A stretch of 64,000 bases of DNA from Sminthopsis crassicaudata (Eukaryota): contig NC_133621.1 of NCBI RefSeq assembly GCF_048593235.1, positions 229,297,238 to 229,361,237 on the forward strand, in the 5' to 3' direction. Made by a program: the position numbers and the translations under genes. Shown piece by piece: positions 47,171-61,335 of this stretch. Below the pieces are notes generated by a model, which worked only from the letters and a program-made list of their open reading frames with translations, was not told where the DNA came from and made no database searches. Positions within the stretch are counted from its first letter, which is position 1; every line of letters starts with the position of its first letter.

Positions 47171-49254
47171 TGAATCTTTACCATGTGTAGGAATCAGAGT
47201 CTAAAGGGGAATTCTATCCATTCCCTTTGTTAATATCAGGAAAGGGAGGAGAAATAGGCAAAAATGGGGAGCAGGAGAAAAAAAGAAAAGTCAGACAGAC
47301 TAAATAGTAAAAACTATATGTGTTTCAGTGAAGTAGCTAGATAACTTTGACTGAAATTGAATTGCCATAGCAATATAATAATGCTACCAGTGCTTGAATT
47401 CACTCATGAGCTCACCCTTGTGGTTGGATGTTTGACTTCTAATCAGTCAGCCTCAAATGGTGAACACTCCAGAAGTGAGAATAATGAAGGGGCAGCATGT
47501 AATGAAAAGAGCCTTGAGTTTATAGTCAGAGAACCTGAATTTAAATATCAATTCAGCTATTTATTAACGGTATCTCTGGGACACTTTGAAAAACAAAAAG
47601 AAGCTAGACTTTGGTCTGGGCCAATTCAAGCTCAGGATTAGAAAAAAAAATACTCATAGGTCATATAATATTTTACAAAAAGAATATAATAATATAGCAT
47701 GGGAAAGATATTCAACAAGGACCCAACCTTGTAGACAACCCAACCAAGGTGTTGGTTTTCATGGATCAGGGAGTCCTTCAAACCTGGGGAGCATTGACCA
47801 TTCTACCTAAGTTAATGGTCTGGTCATTTGTTCCCTGGACCAATTAAATCCTAAGGATGCATTCATCATACTGACCGACAGATTCAGGAACTCCAGAGAT
47901 TTCTTGAACTCATGAAGTTAACACTAAGACATCCACATCAAATTTACTTTTCATTTATCTGTGCTTAGGAAAGTTGACACAAAACTCAGGAAGCAGTTAG
48001 AAAGTTGAAGTTCAGTCTCAGGCTTGTTAAAGCCAATGTGTGTACTCTAGTTACACATATATATATGAACAATCACTATTTCTGGTAGGGTGTAGGGTAA
48101 GGGAGGGTCATCCCAGGAAGATAGAAATCAAACCATATATTGGAGAGGAAGAATAAAGGCTATTTCTTTTTTTATATTGACACAGTCCTCTTTCCTTCCT
48201 CCTTTGACATGCTGGGAAACAGAAGGGATGACCCAGTGTAACCCAGGGTAATGGGATACATCATTTCACAGCTGGCAAGCCAAGGAATCACAAATATTCT
48301 CAATACAAACTTAACCAAATTTAAATCATTAATATCATCTTCATAACATTGTTCTTAAACAACTAGTATACATTCATATCGCTCTCTAATTGCTTAATGC
48401 ATGAGGACATTTTGCTTTCTAATCCTACCAGATCAAGTGGGGGTCTCTTCCCTGTTCCCATACTGAGAGGTATGGTGGCCACAGGGACCAAGACCTCCTA
48501 TATTAATCTAAGAGATCTGGGATTCCCTTCTTTCCCCACCTTTAGTCATGAGGTCATTCCAATCCAATCCTGACAATTATGCTAAATATATTGGGCCAGA
48601 CCAGTACAAACTCCATTGTGTCTGGTGGTTCAAGCTTGGAATTGATGCAAAAAAAGACATTCTTAGACTATGTAACATCTTTCAAAAAGAAGTTTGTTTA
48701 ACAATAGCACAGGGATGATACAATAGCAACAAGGATATAACATGGTTTCAAATGGATAGAACTTAAGAGAATTTGGAGTGGGAAGTCAACCCTTCAAGCC
48801 TCCAGACTCTAGACCAGAGTTTAGAGTAATTTAACCCTTAATTCTCTAGACTATTAAGTCTCAAGAATGTTTTCATTGCTTTTTTAAAATTTCCTTTATA
48901 CAATTGCAGATATTTAATTTATATCAGATTGATTGCTGTCTTGGGAAAGGGGAAGATCAAGAAAGGAAGAGAAAAGTTTGAAAGACAAAGTCTTACAATA
49001 ATGAATGTGGAAAACTATCTTTATGCCTATGTCAGTGGATGCAGACCAACATGGAGGCATTCTTTCATTTGAGAAACATTGCTTGACCATCACATATGGG
49101 TAGATTAATATGATTGGTACTATGAAGCATATGAAGAAGAGTAGGCAATTTTCTGCAAGAACTTACTAGAGAGTGGATGTGCATGATGAAGGCTTCTTAA
49201 CAATAGCAATTATGGTGAGCTTGGATGGGCTATTTAACTGAGATCCTGGGGGGG

Positions 49255-49672
49255 GGGAGGGAATAACAACCATACTATGCTTTGATCCATATTCAGTCTC
49301 CATAGTTCTCTCTGGTTGTGGATGGCACATTCCCTCTCAAATCTATTGGAATTGCTTTTAATCACTTGCCAAGAGCCAAGTTGATCACAGTTGATTATCA
49401 CATAATCTTCTTGTTACTGAATACTATGTTCTCTTGGTTCTGCTCACTTCACTTAGTATCCCACTCATCCTGACCTAGAAGTAATCTTTCCACGATTTTC
49501 TGAAATCGGCCTGCTCATCATATCAGGTAGAACAATAACATGAGAAAGGGAAAAAAACCAAAACATTACATTCATATACCATAAGTTATCTAGCCCAACT
49601 GATGGGCATCCACTCAATTTCCAGTTCCTCACCACTACAAAAAGAGCTGCTACAAACGTGTTTTGCACATGT
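49255..49672 (-). mobile_element. L1 3' fragment
   Basis: gatgggcatccactcaatttccagttcctcaccactacaaaaagagctgc; ORF 49465-49668 is L1 ORF2 C-terminal-like. Confidence 0.85.
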
Positions 49673-52169
49673 AAGTGAATGAGTATTATTCAGTAACCAT
49701 AGCTGGAATTTCTATAAGGCTTACAAAACATTCTCTTCACAATAACCCTAAAGTATTAAAGTATTCTTGTCTTCACTTTGCAGATGGAGAAACTGAGACT
49801 CACTGAAGTTAAGAATCTTGGTTGGGGACCATAGTTAACAAATGTCAATATCAGGATTTAAATTCTTGTCTTCTTACTCTACATTGTTCTTTTCACTGCA
49901 TCACAATGCCTAGGCAAACAAGGAAACCACTGGGCAAGCAGGTTTAGACCCCCGGGCTCAGCCACTTTCATCATAATTGCACTCTTTGAGTGGCCACTGC
50001 TTCTGTGCTGGTAGACTGTGGGTGTGGGGAAGGATATGGTGGAAGTTCCACAGAGAGGGAGCCTGTCTTCTCTCTTTCTCCTCCCATATGTCTCTTGCAA
50101 GATAGCTGGGCTCTGTTGGTTGATTTGGGGGGAGGGTTTTCCTCCCATTTCCTACAGACTATTTTCCTCCCTGCTTTCCATTTCTCTGAGTTCTGTGGAT
50201 CTGCGTATCCTTCTTGCTTCCTTCTCCTTCCTATTCACATCTACTGTTGGGGATCTAGGTCAGGATGAGTGGGTGGGTGAGAAAGAACAGAGAAGTGAAT
50301 CTAGGCACGACACCCTGCAGGGCAGCAGTGACAACATTTTAACCTGAAAACTGCCTGAAAATAGACTGCATGTCTATGACATTATGCAAATTATATGCAA
50401 AATCAAGAGGCCTTCCGGCTCTATTTCAAGCATCTAGATTCTGGCCCCCCAGAAAATCCTGGTGGAACAGGGAGTTCAAAGAAAAGCTTCAGTTTCTGTT
50501 CCCAGTCTTTCCAGATTGGTTGCAAGATTTTCTACTGTCATCCCTGCCTCAGAAGCCTGTGGGTGATTGGCATGGGAAGCTCAAGGTCTGATGGTAGTTT
50601 CCTTGCTCTAAATCTAATAAGGGATCTGGAGAAGTAGGACTGGGCAAAATAGAGCTGCTGTGAGCACCAAGGAAGCCAGGGGCATATCTTTTCTTAAAAA
50701 ATCGGAATACCTTGAACTCTCAGTGGATCTCCTCCCAGATCTTGCTGAGCTAAGCAGGCTCAAAGCTATTTGGTTCAATGCCTAGTTGTTATATTGCCAA
50801 CTCTCTGCCCAATCATTATGTTTTCTCCCAGGTATTATAGTAAACTTAAACTGCTGGCTTCTCAAGGTGTAACCCACTAACCTTCTCACAGTGTTTTATA
50901 TTGGTGTGCCCACAGTCCTTATAATAGGGATAGAGGACTGGTATTAGACCTGTGATTTCATCAGGGAATTCCCAGATGAGGGAACTCTCTCTGATGGCAG
51001 ATTTATTTCAAGTACTGATAAATTAAGTGACTTGACCAGGGTCATACTGACTCTGTGACATAGGTCACACAGAATTTGAATCTAGATCTTCCTGGTTCTG
51101 TGGCCAACTCTCTGGTTATTCTCTCTAGTGAGAATGTTTTCTATAATTTCATGGTAGACTCTCTGCAAAGTGGACTATTTAAAAATATGTATGTCATGGT
51201 CATTTTGTACATGGCCATTTTATTTATGTGTACATTTGTACATGGCCAGAAAGTTGAAGTTAATTATTAATTAATATTTAATTGTTAATGGCTTTAAGGA
51301 CTATAGACCCAAAGAGAATTGTTTCGTATATTTGGAGATGTTTGCTATAAGTCAGTCAATGAACATTTATTAAATGTTCACTGTGCATTAGGCATTAAGC
51401 ACTGAAGATATAAAGAAAGACAAAAGCACAGTCCTTCCTTTCAAAGATAGCATGTAAACAGTTATGAACATACAATTCAGAGGAAAAGCTCTAGTAATTA
51501 GATGTAGAAGGGCTGGGAATGGAAGAGAAAGGTCTCTTTAAAAGGTGGGATTTGAGTTGAATCTTGAAGGAGGCCAGAGAAGTCAAGAGATAGAAGGGAG
51601 AAGAGAGAACATTTCAGGCATGAAACTTCCAACAAGTGAAAATCTACCCAGTCAAGAAATGGAGTGTCTCCTGCAAAGAAAGGAAAGAGGACCAGTGTCA
51701 GTCACCAGATCACAGAGTGTGCATAAGAGATGGTGAGAGATGAAGAGTCCAGATTATGAAGGGCTTTAAACTCAGGGAATAATTGCAAGCCTAGATGAGT
51801 GGGAATATGGTAGCATTTTTTATACTAATGGACAAGTTGGAAAGAGGGGAGGATTTGGGGAGGAAAGATAGAGTTTTGTTTCAGACATGTTGCATTTGAG
51901 ATATCTTCCTGCTTAAAACATTTACAAATGGGAAAAACAAGCCAAAAAATGGTATGTCAATACTTAGAAAATAAAAGAATGATCATTAGGAACCATCATG
52001 GGTTCATATCACTTGGAATCTGAATCCCTGGATCCTCACCTCGACTATACCATTAAATCATAATAACTTGAAGACTCAGTTTTTTTTTTTAAATTTCTAA
52101 AAGGAAGATAATCTTAATTACTAGATTATTGTAAGAAAAGCACTTTGTAAACCTTAAATTGTTATGTAA

Positions 52170-53215
52170 ATGTGATATTTGTTATGTTCCAATTTTTTAT
52201 TATTTTAAATATTTTATTAATATATTGTCTTTATATTTCAATCATTTCTTATCTTCCTTTCCCACCACCTTTTCTGGCACAGAAAATATATTAAAAGCAA
52301 CTAATATATAAACTTTATGGAATATTATAGAATATTCTGTCTTACTATCGCCCACCTGTCTGTTGTGGGAGAAAAGATGTTTTGTTATCTCTTTTCCAAG
52401 GCCTTCATAGATTTCTCCATCATTCATAGAATACTTTCTTTTTAGTGATCTTTTCACTAACATTATTGTAGTTATTGCATATATTGTTCTCCTTATTTCA
52501 ATCTGCTTTAGTTTTTGTCATTTCTGGTTGCACAGTAATTGTTCATTGCATTCATAAACCATGAATTTTTCAAACATTTCCTAATCAATGAACATCATTT
52601 TTTCCAGTTCTCTGCTACCACAAAGAATGATGTTATGAATGTTTTTAATCTACTAAATCTTTGTTTCTAGCTTTGAATTCCTTGGCATATGTGTCCAGAA
52701 ATAGGACTTCTGGGTAAAAGGGAGTGGAAAGTTTGGAAACTTTTCTTGTAGAATTCCAAATTTAAATCCCTGGAGGTTTGACAATTACACATCTTTAATG
52801 ACAATAGATCACTGTGCCATTCTTTTTCCATGCCTTCAAATATTGTTTCCATCTATTTTTCTCAGTGCCAATTTGTATAGAATAAGGTGAAACCTTAGAG
52901 TTTTAAAAATGTGCACTTCTCTTATTACTAAAGATTTAGCTAACCACTTGGGTGAAAGCAGATTATTAAATTTATAGATGACCTGAATCTGAGAATAATA
53001 GTTAATATGCTATGTACCAGGCCTTGATGGGCTAAAACACTTAAACAATTTTCTAAAACCAACAAAATGAAATTGAATATGAATAAATGTAAAGTAATGC
53101 TTTCAACTTCAAAAAAATCCATTTCCAAAAGGTAGGATTGGGGGAAACCACTGAAGAACACTTTTTGTGAAAACAAACAAAAATAGGATTTTTAGTTGAC
53201 TTCAAGTTCAATTTT
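52170..53215. mobile_element. Old minus-strand L1-like fragment (~52170-52940) followed by a plus-strand L3/CR1 fragment (~52940-53215)
   Basis: Antisense L1 motifs, then caacaaaatgaaattgaatatgaataaatgtaaagt (CR1). Confidence 0.6.
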
Positions 53216-54344
53216 AAGTTTTGTTTTCCCCTAAATCTCTCTTTTTCTTTCTTTCTCTCTCTCTATCTCACACACACATAGACACAAGCACACTTATGCA
53301 CACATACCCCTAATAAAATACAGATAGCACAAAGTATTATATCAAGAATGGGCTAAGTTATTTTCAGGACTAAGCCCACTATGAGCTTACTCCCTCTCAC
53401 GGTGTCTTTCTCTAATGGCATCTTTCTCCTTACTCTGGCTAACTCTGGTTATGCTCTCCCAAATCTATTTCATATTTACCATTCCTAGTGTCTATTGTAT
53501 CCCTTCATTTTGCCTGTAATCTATTCCCCTAAATAAATATACCTTTTGACAAAGAGAATGGCCATTGTGAATTTGTCATACATTTATTTCAAACTAAGAA
53601 CTGTAACCACGACCCCATCACTAAATAGTTAGGAATAATACGGAATGAAATGAGAATAATCAGGAGAACAAGGCACACAAGGAAAAGAACATTGTAAGGA
53701 GAACAATTTGGAAAAACTTAAGGACTTTGATCAGTACAATAAGCTCCATATTTCCAAAGGTCTTAAAATGTTAAGCTTGACCCAGAGATCATGGACACAA
53801 GTTGCTCAAACACATATTTGTGTATTGGCCACTATATAGGCTTTATTTCTTTGTTACAAAGATTTTTTTCTCTTTCTTTTGCTTGGTTTGGTAGTGAGTG
53901 GATGGGTCAGAAATAAGGGAAGTTAAGCAATAACAAAAATAATAGTTCACTGAAACATTTTCAGAATGCACAGTCCTTTAGAAGGTAGAAAAGCAGAAAT
54001 TTCTAAGATTACATGTAGAATTTAATTGCATACTTAAAAAAAAACTAATGATGCAAAAGGGAGATTGTCAGTTCATATTAGAATCTTCTTTTGAGTGTTC
54101 TACTGTATACATGAAAATGTTCTCTCTTTTTTTTGGCATTCAAATTTAGAATTTTGAAACATTTCTTTAAAATGCATAGAAAAGAATAAAAGGAAAAGCA
54201 GAAAGCACAATAGCTTTGAAAATTATATATTGATGAATAATCTATATGAAATTGCTTATGGTCTCAGGGAATCTGGGGGAAGAAAGGAAAAGCAGAAAGG
54301 AAGGGAGGGAGAGAATGAGGAACTCAAAAATGAATTTTAAAAAT

Positions 54345-55640
54345 TATTTTTATGTGAAACTAGAAAAAAATAAAATCTTTATAAAAAGAATGCACATTTA
54401 AAGGGTGGAGCACTAATAAGGCAGATGGGAAGTAAAAATCAGAAGCAAAACACTTTTGACAAGGTGAAAGGATAGAGAATAAGATAAATGGGGGAAATAC
54501 ATGGTTGGTAATCATTGCTGTGAAAAAAATTTTTATAGTAAGTTTCTCTGACAAAAATCTCATTTCTCAAACATAGAAAAAAACGGAGTCAAATTTATAC
54601 AAATAGAACTATTTTTCAATTGCTAAGTGGTCAAAGGATGTAAACAGTCAGTTGTCAGATAAAGTAATGAAAGGTATTTATAAAGTCTATAGTCTGTTCA
54701 CATGGACTGTAGTCATTCAAATATATGCTCTAACTCATTATTGATTGGAGAAATGCAAATCAAAACAACTCTGAGCCACTTATACACACCTTTTAAATTA
54801 GCTAATATGACAGAAAATAAAAATGACAAATATTGGAGAAGATGTGAGAAAATTAAAACACCTAATGTACTGTTAGTCAAGTTGTATACTGATTCAACCA
54901 TTCTGAAGAGCAATTTGGAACTATGCCTAAAAGGCCATGCATTGTGTCTGGCCAAGCAATATCACTACAAGGTCTATATCCCAAAGAGATTTTTTAAAAA
55001 GGAAAAGGAAAAGATCCTCTATGTATATTTATAGCAGCTCTTTTAGTGTTGGCAAAGAATTGGAAATTGAGGGTATATCCATCAACTGGGGAATAGCTGA
55101 ACAAGTTGTATATGATTGAGATGGAATATCAATGTGATATAAGAAATGATGAACAGGATGCTCTCTGAAAAACCTGGAAAGATTTACATGAACTGAGGTA
55201 ATGAACTGAAGAAAGTGAAATGAGCAGAACCAGGAGAACATCATATACAGTAACAGCAATATTTTATGAAAATTTTCTATAAATAATTTAGCTATTCTCA
55301 GCAATACAATGATACAAGACAATTCTGAAGGACTTATGTGAAGGGAGCTGCATATCTCTAGAGAATAAACAAAAGAAAACAAAAAAAGAAGCCTAAATGA
55401 AGATTGAAAATACTTTTTTCTTTACTGATTTTTCAGGAGGGAGGAGAGTTATCTCTTTTTTGTTGTTTTGTTTTTTGTTTTTACAGTATGACTTTCACAG
55501 AAATATATTTTATATGACTATTCATTTATTTATAACCTATGTTAAATTGCTTGACTTCTCAATGGGGGAAGGGAGAGAATTTAAAACTCAAAATTTGAAA
55601 AAAGAATGTTAAAATTGTTTTTACATGTAATTGAGAAATA
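54345..55640 (+). mobile_element. L1 ORF2 C-terminal region plus 3'UTR
   Basis: ORF 54702-55034 (LLIGEMQIKTTLSHLYTP...KYWRRCEK) followed by a typical 3'UTR. Confidence 0.85.
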
Positions 55641-56349
55641 CTTTTTAAAATTAAAAAAAATGCACATTTAATGTAGCAGCAATTAAATTAATGTTTGTGG
55701 ACATTCTAAATCCCAAATAGGTCACAAAAAGTCGGATCTGACTGAAAACAACTGAACAAAATTTTAAAAAGACATTCTAACAATTATGAAACCTCTATTC
55801 CCTTTCTTCCATTCTACTGCTATCATCATTAAAGCAGAAAGTGCTGGATTGATGACCATTTGTATTTTTATATGATTTGGGTTGCTCTGGTCAAAAAAAA
55901 AAAAAAAATCATCACCTAGTGGTGATAAGCCTTTTCACACTTAGCCAGGCAGGTCTTTGGGAAGCAGACACAGACTATCACTGGAAGCATTCTCATCTTT
56001 CCAATGAAAAGACAATTCCAGTGAAGGGATAATATTTTTTTTCACTTTCAGTTCAACTCTTTCACCAACCAGTGAATCAACCAATGAACAAATTACAATA
56101 ATAGATACTAAAAGTTGTACTCTGCTGATGTAGTAAAGAAGCTTAGCATCCATAGAGTTAAAATAAAATGGCTAAAGAACATAGATTGTTCACATTTTGA
56201 CCAGCAGTTTAATGAGCAGTCTATTTTAGTAACTTGAAAGGCACTATGGATAAATAATGAGTTGGGGTCAGATTTTCCAACCACATCATTCAGTTGAAAT
56301 TGCTCATTCCAAAGTTACCAATGATTAGTCAAATCCAATGGTATTTCTT

Positions 56350-56678
56350 TTTTTTTTTAAGTACAATAGTATTTTATTTTTCCAATTACATATAAAGATA
56401 GTTTTCAACATTCATTTTTATAAGATTTTGAGTTCCAAATTTTTTTTTTGCCTACTTCTCTTAAATTCCACTCTCCCCCAGATAGCAAGTAATCTGATAT
56501 GTTATAAACATACAATCATTTTAAACATATTTCTATTAATCATGTCATGAAAGAAAAATCAAAACACAAGGGGAAAACCATGAGAAAGAAAAAGCAAACA
56601 AAAAAGGTGAAAATAGTGTGCTTCAATTGGCATTCAGTCTCTCTCTGGAGGCAGATGGCATTTTTCATCCCAAATCTA
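56350..56678 (-). mobile_element. 5'-truncated L1 3'UTR inserted in an L2
   Basis: 16-bp TSD tcca(a/g)tggtatttctt at 56334-56349 and 56679-56694. Confidence 0.88.
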
Positions 56679-57184
56679 TCCAGTGGTATTTCTTAGCCTT
56701 TATTCTTCTTGAAATTTCTACAGCATCTATAATTGTTGTGCATACTCTTCTCCTGGCTATTAACTCCTCTCTAAGTTTCTGTGACTCTGCTCTCATTTGG
56801 TTTTTATCCTGTTTGTCTTATTTGATGGATCATTCATATCTTACCCTCTGACTTTGGGTCTTCTCTAAGGTTCTGCTCTAGGTTCCCTTTTCTTCTCTCT
56901 CAGTAATCTTTCTTTTGCTTATCTGATTAGTTTCTATGAGTTCAACGACCATATTTTGGAAATAACTCCCCTATCTATCTATCTATATATATGAGATAAT
57001 GGATATAAAGCACTTTGTAAACCTGAAAGCACTATCTAAAGGTACTTTTTATTGTTGTCATTGTTGATGTTGGTCTGCAGTGTTGTGATAAGTTCACCCC
57101 TTTTACTTCACTTCTTTTATTTCAAGCATATTCCTCAAGAAATACAAGGGAGTTGAACTGGGCTCTTTAAAAAATTATGTACAT

Positions 57185-57362
57185 GCTTTTAAGTGTAATC
57201 TGCATTATTAAGACTATCTTAATCTAAGCAATTAAAAAATAATAAAAATCATAAATCAAGGCCTGCTTTTGTAGCAATTCCTATTTCTGAGGTTTAAATT
57301 TTCACACTGAAAATTTAATAACCAGTTCTCACAAGCTGGTTAAAGCTGGATCGAGTACCCAC
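57185..57362. mobile_element. Degraded hAT-like non-autonomous DNA transposon end
   Basis: cacactgaaaatttaataaccagttctcacaagctggttaaagctggatcgagtaccc resembles a recalled marsupial hAT-Tip100-type terminus. Confidence 0.45.
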
Positions 57363-57970
57363 TTACTTGTATTCCTTCCTAGTCTCTCCTAAACTCATCA
57401 AATGCCTGTTGCCTTGATCACATCCATGCCTCATTACCAGTGTACTCTAGATATCTTCCCATTGTTTCTCTGAGACTATGTATATTTGTGGGAAAATATG
57501 CTCCAGGTTTGCAGTGGGGAATGTTTTGTAGCTACTGTTTTTTTTTTACCATGACATCTCAGGTAATAATTTTGCTTCAAGCTGTCTACTGGCTGAATAT
57601 GAAAGATAAGTGAACTAATGGGGGCTTCTTGAGGTATTTAGATACACAAAGTATCATTCAGTCTGAGGAGAGCCACATTATTATTCTCTATATACTTATT
57701 TATATCCTTGTCATTTCAATATAGCAATCACCTTGAAAATAATGATTGTTTCCTTCTGTTATCTTTATGTCCCTAGGAGTTAGCAATTGGCACACTTTTG
57801 TTAGTTGCTTCATCCAGTTTTCAATCTGTGAGAGCAAATTGGGGAGGTTTCTCCAGGAGGGGGTAAATGTTTCAATTCTGATAGTCTGGATAGTCCAGGG
57901 GATAAAGAGCTCAAAGTTGCATGGCAACTTACTCCTTCCGAAGGTTAGATTACTTTGTAGCAATCATATA

Positions 57971-58982
57971 CTGGCATACTTTGCTTTATGTGCTGTACTT
58001 TATTGCATTTTTTACAAATTGAAGGCTGCTGGCAACCCTACATCAAACTAGTCTATCAGTGCCATTTTCCCAACAGCATGTACTCACATTGTGTGTCTAT
58101 ATCACATTTTAGTAATTCTTGCAATATTTCAAACTTTTCCATTATTATTATATTTGTCATGGTAATCTGTGATCGGTGATTCAATTATCTTGGAACACCA
58201 ATAACTTTGCCCATAAACCATGGCAAATTTAACCGATTAATGTATGTATTCTGACTGTTCTACTGATGGAGATTCCTCCATCTTTCTTCCTTTCCTCCAG
58301 TTCCATATATCCTGAGACACAATATTGAAATAAAGCCAATTAATAACCCTATAATGACCTCTGAGTGTCCAAGTGAAAGGAAAAATCAAACAATAAGGCA
58401 AACTTTGATGTTGTCTTATTTTTAAAATTGCCACAGCCACCCCAGCCTTCAGCAACCCTGATCGGTCAGCAACCACCAACACTGGAACAAGACCCTCCAG
58501 CAGCAAATAAACAAACAAATAAATAAATAAATAAAATTATTCTCTTAAGGTTCAGATAATGGTTAGTTATGGGCCAGAATTTGAAACAAGGTACTAAGTG
58601 ATTGTGTACTTAGTACTTATTAGAGTTCACACCTTTAAGAGAGCCTATATAAGGAGGAGTTCCCACAAGCCCACAGGAACCCAGAAGCCCACTCTTGCAG
58701 GCGGAGTCTAGATCATTCCAACTTGTGCCTCTGGGCTGGGTGGAGACATTCCCAGGGAGCTCTTGGAACCAAGGATAGAGAAAAGCCTCTATTAAAGCTA
58801 ACCAGGCCCCAGGAAAAGATTCAAGACTTTGAAGGAGACAATAAAGGATCTGGACTTTAACTCTTGGCTGCATTTGGGATTATCGAACTGAACTGAAACT
58901 AAGGCTGCCTCCAGAAGTTCCCCAAGAAACCTGCTCCCAGAGAAGAAGCATTTTTTGCAATAAAGTATTTTAAATTAAAGTA
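57971..58982 (+). mobile_element. Internally deleted Tigger1-like (Tc1/mariner-pogo) element split by an LTR
   Basis: TA then C(T)GGCATAC TIR start; ttacaaattgaaggctgctggcaaccct; ccaattaataaccctataatgacctctgagtgtccaagtgaaagg; jump to 3' part attgccacagccaccccagccttcagcaacc; resumes after the LTR as cattttttgcaataaagtatttt. Confidence 0.88.
58565..58947 (+). mobile_element. Solo LTR inserted in the Tigger1-like element
   Basis: Starts (a)gttatgggccagaa; TATATAA at 58646-58652; AATAAA at 58840-58845 in gagacaataaaggatctggact, a motif similar to that in the LTR at 10205. Confidence 0.8.
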
Positions 58983-60569
58983 AGGATGGAATGGAAGGAG
59001 AGTGGAAATAATAAAGATGTCTCTATCCTCAAGGAGTTTGTATTCTAATTGGGGCACCGAATGGGGCAAAACTTCAATAGAACCAACTTTTCCACTTTCC
59101 CTATTCTAAAAATTTGAATCATCTATATGAACAAAGAAAGCTAATGGTTCTGCTTCTGCTTCTCCTATTCCTCTAGTTTTTTTTTTTAGTTCTGAGAGAT
59201 TTCACAAAGATTGAAGTAAAACAATCCCCTGAGGTTCCTTCAAGTTCTGGGCAATCCTAAATCCATTATCTCCTGTTTTCTTACTCAATACCAACCTAAA
59301 GAGTGTTTCTCCAGCTCTCCTAATTTCAATGTTGTAACACCTAATGTGAGATCAGAGAGCCTTCAGACCTGGAGAAGGATAAACTTTTGGGGAAGCATCA
59401 GGAATGAAGAAGGAGTTGCAGAGCTCCAGGATAGAGCAGAGGTCTTTTGGGATGGGGACAGTAGTTCCTCTAACTGGGATACAACTGCATAGTTGCACAT
59501 CCTTTCCTTATAAAGGATCATAGAATTATAGGGCAGAAAGAGAAAGAATGGGGAGGAGAGGAAGATCTCATCATATTATAAAGAGACTTTTTTTTTTTTT
59601 TTTTTTTTTTTTTGAGGAATGGGAGAAGTGACTCAAGGAAATAGGAAGCACCCTCTTCCTTACACACTCCAGCTTTTACAGCTGTACTCCTTAACCCAAT
59701 TTTTTTATTCATCCCCCATTCCACATACCTTCTTTCTGATGTAACCCTATGATATATAGGGTAGGATTTCTGAGCATTAACTTTCCCAAGGCTTACCTTC
59801 ATCAGAAGTGAATCTGAGTCTTTCGAGGATGTTCTTTAGGAAAAAGCTTCTTCTACCGGAAACAGGGATGGCCATTTTCATCTCTGAAACCTTTTGACCA
59901 CAAGTTTGCTAATTCTAGGCATTACCTAAGCCTATGTAATACTAGCTTTGAGTAAGTTCAAGCCTAGAAAGTACAGTGAATAGTTCAAACCCAGCTTCAG
60001 ACTTTTAACTAGTGGCTCTCTACCTCATTTTCCTCATCTATTAAAAGGAGGTTAAAAATAGCATCTATATCACCAAACTGTTGAAATCAAATGAGTCCTT
60101 TTTGTAAAGTGCCTGACATAAAATAGGTACTTAATGAATGCATATTTTCTTTCCAATTTGAGATATTAGAGTGATTTATAGGATTAAGAAATCAGAGATT
60201 ATGAAATATACTTTAAAAGTCGCATGGTCACCTATTTTATAAGTGAGGACACTGGTTTGAGAGAAGGCAAATGAACCACCCAAGAACACAAAACAAGTTA
60301 GTGGTAGAGTCAGGGTGTGAGTCAGGGTCTCCTAATTCTTGCTTCAGCATTCTTGATCCTGCTTTAAGATGATTTACTGTATAGTTTAAAACTCCCTGTT
60401 TTAAACTTGGAAGTTTCTTGGAAGAGGAAGCAATATCTAACCCCATTCTAAGGAGATTAGAAGTATTCCCTAACTAAAGGGAACCAGCTTAAGGAAGTTA
60501 AGGGCAATGACCTTGATCAGATTTAGAACAAACTGAACTCTGTTACTTTCCAGCTGTGTGACCCCAGGC

Positions 60570-61335
60570 TTACAGTGTAAGATCTTACCATATCATTCTC
60601 CTACTCAATGAACTCCATTGGTTCCCTCTAATTTCTAGGATATGTCAGTTCCTTTCTTTAATTTTTAAAACCTTAACAACATTTCCCAATCTATTTTTCC
60701 AGCCTCATTCATAGAACATCACTCTCTCTCATCCCTCCAGTGATCCAGGCAAGCTAGCTTTCTTTCTGTCTCATACGCATTACATTTATCTCTTGTGTTT
60801 ACAGTAGTCATCCCCATTCCTGAAGGCATTATCTCTTCACCACTTCCTTATAAAATGCCTCTCTTCTTTCAGGATGCACTACCTTCCACTTGAAGCCTTT
60901 TTTTCATCTATCCAATGACTAGCTCCTTCCCTTTGAAACTAGTAGGTGACACTGTGGAGAGAGCTCCAGACTCAAGAATATAATCCTATCTCAAAAATGT
61001 ATTAGTTGTGTGATATGGGCAAGTTACTTGATTTCTATTTGCCTCAGTTTTTTTTTAATCTGTAAAAGAAAAAAACCTTCTAGGGTTGTTGTAAAAATCA
61101 AATGAGATAATATAAGTAAAGTGCTTCATAAATCTTAAAGCACTATAAAAAGTCCAGTTATTATCAGTATTATATTTATTTTTTAATTATTTATTCTGTG
61201 TACTTATACATGTGCTTCTTTTCTCTATTGGAATGTAGGCTACTTGTGAATAGCAACTATTTCATTCATTGTATTTGTACTTCCACTGCTTAGCATAGTG
61301 CCTAGAACATAGAAGAAGCTTAATAAAAGCCTGTT
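60570..61335 (+). mobile_element. L2 fragments with an intervening MIR (~60945-61165)
   Basis: L2 body, MIR core aagttacttgatttctatttgcctcagttt, and L2 3' end gcttagcatagtgcctagaacatagaagaagcttaataaa. Confidence 0.75.

Noticed and set aside
47690-48870. Region with an LTR/ERV-like feel
   Set aside because: I could not find termini, a PBS, a PPT or a recognisable protein motif; it needs a repeat-library search.
49021-49230. Coding-looking stretch (MPMSVDADQHGGILSFEKHCLTITYG*...RVDVHDEGF)
   Set aside because: Contains in-frame stops and resembles no protein I recognise; tblastx would be needed to call a pseudogene.
57700-58051. Overlapping 87-aa and 101-aa ORFs with plausible composition
   Set aside because: No recognisable domain or splice structure, and one runs into the Tigger element.
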